Below, piece after piece: positions 32,706 through 34,519 of a stretch of DNA of 34,519 bases. Position 1 is the first letter of the stretch. Each line of letters starts with the position of its first letter. The position numbers and the translations under genes are program-made. The DNA is from Alphaproteobacteria bacterium (lineage in GTDB: Bacteria > Pseudomonadota > Alphaproteobacteria > UBA2136 > UBA6156). A model generated the notes under the pieces. The model saw only the letters and a list, made by a program, of their open reading frames with translations, did no database searches and was not told the origin of the DNA. The stretch covers positions 1-34,519 of the forward strand of contig JAIXZU010000057.1 in NCBI GenBank assembly GCA_027489415.1. The letters run 5' to 3'.

Positions 32706-32707
32706 TA

Positions 32708-33370
32708 TTAACCCTCCAGCCGGATATCCGCCCCGAGCGTACTCTGCCGTAACGCCCGGTAACCCATCAACACCCGTATCACCACATAAAACGCCCAGTG
32801 CCCAAGGCATAGCAACCAGAACCCACCTTCCACTTCAAGAATCACCCACGGCACAATCCCCACAAACAGCATCGCCCCTATGAAATGCAACAGGGAAACT
32901 CTCTTCTGCACCATCAGCAGCGGCACATGCGCCACAACGAACACCGCAGCAACCAGTACAGACACCATCAGAATATCTCCCCAATACCGGTATAGCCAAA
33001 CTACAAGCACCATCAAAAACAGCTGCTGGAAAAGAATATCAACCGTTTTCACCACCACAAATGGCAGGTTGAAATTGAGGAAATAGGACGCCCCATGCCG
33101 TTGTAAATAGCCTTTAGGTATCGGAAAGCGCCCGTTATAGAACATCGCCGCCATCACCATCCCCAACCATAGCAAACCCATCAGATTGCTCCACACCAGC
33201 GGCTCCGGCGGCAAAAAGTCACGGGCAGTTTCCATCAAAAATATACTCCCTGCTGCGTAAATCCCTGCAAAGTGGTGCGGGTGGCTGAAATAGGTTTGCT
33301 GGCGGTGTTGCAGGTAAAAACTCACCGCATGAACCATTCCGGCCAACAAGAATACCGTAATCAAGTCCAT
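32708..33370 (-). CDS. polytopic integral membrane protein of unknown function
   Basis: 220 aa with at least 6 hydrophobic segments. Its ATG immediately follows the stop of the upstream glycosylase gene (TAGATG). Confidence 0.65.
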   Translation of the reverse strand: MDLITVFLLAGMVHAVSFYLQHRQQTYFSHPHHFAGIYAAGSIFLMETARDFLPPEPLVWSNLMGLLWLGMVMAAMFYNGRFPIPKGYLQRHGASYFLNFNLPFVVVKTVDILFQQLFLMVLVVWLYRYWGDILMVSVLVAAVFVVAHVPLLMVQKRVSLLHFIGAMLFVGIVPWVILEVEGGFWLLCLGHWAFYVVIRVLMGYRALRQSTLGADIRLEG

Positions 33371-34051
33371 CTAATAAGCCACTTCCTCAGGGTCCAAACT
33401 CCGCCACAAATACCAACTCGCCACCGTTCTGTAGGGCTTCCACCCCTCCCCTACCACCATCATCCGCTTCTGCCACAGCTTCAAATGCGGCCCGCTCATC
33501 GCTAATTTCTCAGCAGGGTCAAAATCCTCATACAGGTGCCCATATTCCTTCTTGAATCCTTTAACCAACCCAATATCTCCCTCAGAAATCACATCCGGCC
33601 TCATCAAACAGAACATCAAGAACATCTCCGCTGTCCACCGCCCAATCCCCGGTAATTTCACCAGCTCCGCAATCACCGCCTCATCGGCCATGCCGTCCCA
33701 CAGCCCGGGGTGTACGGTCCCGTCCAGAAACCCACTCGCAATCCCCCGCACATACTTCACTTTTCCGCCGGAAAACCCGCACGCCCGCACCTCCTCCTCC
33801 GTCGACGCCAGCACCCGCTCCGCCGTAAACGGAACACCAACCAGCGCCTCAAAACGCGCCCAGATACTCGCCGCCGCCCTCACTGAAATCTGCTGCCCCA
33901 CCACACTGCGCATCAGCGTCACCATCGGCTCACCGCGGGTCCCGAGCATACCATCCGGAAAGCGTGCCATCAGCCCCGCCATCACCTCATCCCGCGCACT
34001 CAGCTCGGCACAAGCCTTCGCCCAATATTTTGGTCTTTTAAGGTCTTCCAT
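33371..34051 (-). CDS. alkA: DNA-3-methyladenine glycosylase II-like (HhH-GPD superfamily)
   Basis: GQQISVRAAASIWARF, an HhH (LVKLPGIGRWTAEMFLMFCL) and a catalytic Asp context (RPDVISEGDIGLVKG). Confidence 0.85.
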   Translation of the reverse strand: MEDLKRPKYWAKACAELSARDEVMAGLMARFPDGMLGTRGEPMVTLMRSVVGQQISVRAAASIWARFEALVGVPFTAERVLASTEEEVRACGFSGGKVKYVRGIASGFLDGTVHPGLWDGMADEAVIAELVKLPGIGRWTAEMFLMFCLMRPDVISEGDIGLVKGFKKEYGHLYEDFDPAEKLAMSGPHLKLWQKRMMVVGEGWKPYRTVASWYLWRSLDPEEVAY

Positions 34052-34307
34052 CCTTAAAAACTTTCTTGTTAAGCCACATGTTATGGGGCGGTGTCACCCC
34101 GGAAGGTTAGTGGGTGGCAAAAATCCTATTTTTGCCGGGCCCCGCTACCTATCCGGGGCCCACCCCCGCCGGGAGGCCCGCCGGAAGCATAATAACCTCA
34201 TGCTTTAGCATTCTTTTTTGCGTTTCACGCGGGTTCGCAAAGCGAAGACGCGGTGAAATGAAACGCAAACCTGAAAATGCCGCAAGGCATAAGCCCCCAC
34301 GCACGGC

Positions 34308-34519
34308 CTAACTCAAAAGCCCCTTCACACGCTCTAAATCAGCAGGCGTATCCACCCCAACAGGCTCATGCTCCGTCGGCAGAACATAGTACTTAAGCCC
34401 GATTTCCAACCCTCTCAGCTGTTCCAAATCCTCTTGTTTTTGCAACGGCGTCGGTGCCTGCGCCACATACTTCTCCAGCGCCTCATAACGGTATCCATAG
34501 AAGCCCACGTGCCGCCACA
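34308..34519 (-). CDS. kdsB: 3-deoxy-manno-octulosonate cytidylyltransferase, C-terminal part; CDS runs off the right edge
   Basis: RHVGFYGYRYEALEKYV...PLQKQEDLEQLRGLEIGLKYYV...VGVDTPADLERV matches the KdsB C-terminus. The frame stays open to the window edge. Confidence 0.8.
   Translation of the reverse strand, partial: WRHVGFYGYRYEALEKYVAQAPTPLQKQEDLEQLRGLEIGLKYYVLPTEHEPVGVDTPADLERVKGLLS

Overview
GC-rich bacterial chromosomal segment. Gene content and synteny look alphaproteobacterial (inference, no search was possible). Housekeeping backbone: yibQ-like/ctpA/envC-like/rlmH/rsfS; recR/ybaB/dnaX; trxB; tRNA-Gly(CCC); tRNA-Val(GAC); yegS-like lipid kinase; rmuC; a PHB locus (phaA, phaR, class-III-like phaC); alkA-like glycosylase; kdsB (partial). 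I call 39 CDS (2 partial), 2 tRNAs and about 14 intrinsic terminators. Features that the gene calls alone do not explain: (1) a family of ~115-140 bp nested-palindrome intergenic elements, 5 copies in 2 subtypes, 4 of them ending within 5 nt of the stop codon of a minus-strand gene; (2) a 7-nt periodic GTTAGAN microrepeat directly after three stop codons; (3) 2.3 tandem copies of the tRNA-Gly 3' end; (4) a tRNA-Gly-adjacent block of poorly characterised genes, including a phosphorelay and an 864-aa protein built from duplicated HTH-like modules with very acidic linkers; (5) a standalone RNA polymerase alpha-CTD paralogue; (6) a GloB-like protein with nearly all metal-ligand positions substituted; (7) a SemiSWEET-like gene and an atypical pilin-like gene inside the PHB locus; (8) a ~0.6 kb AT-rich single-gene insert at the 3' end of phaC, flanked by an in-frame ~33 bp duplication of the phaC terminus. 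No CRISPR array, rRNA, transposase or integrase gene was seen. All functional calls rest on motif recognition by eye. No database search was run.
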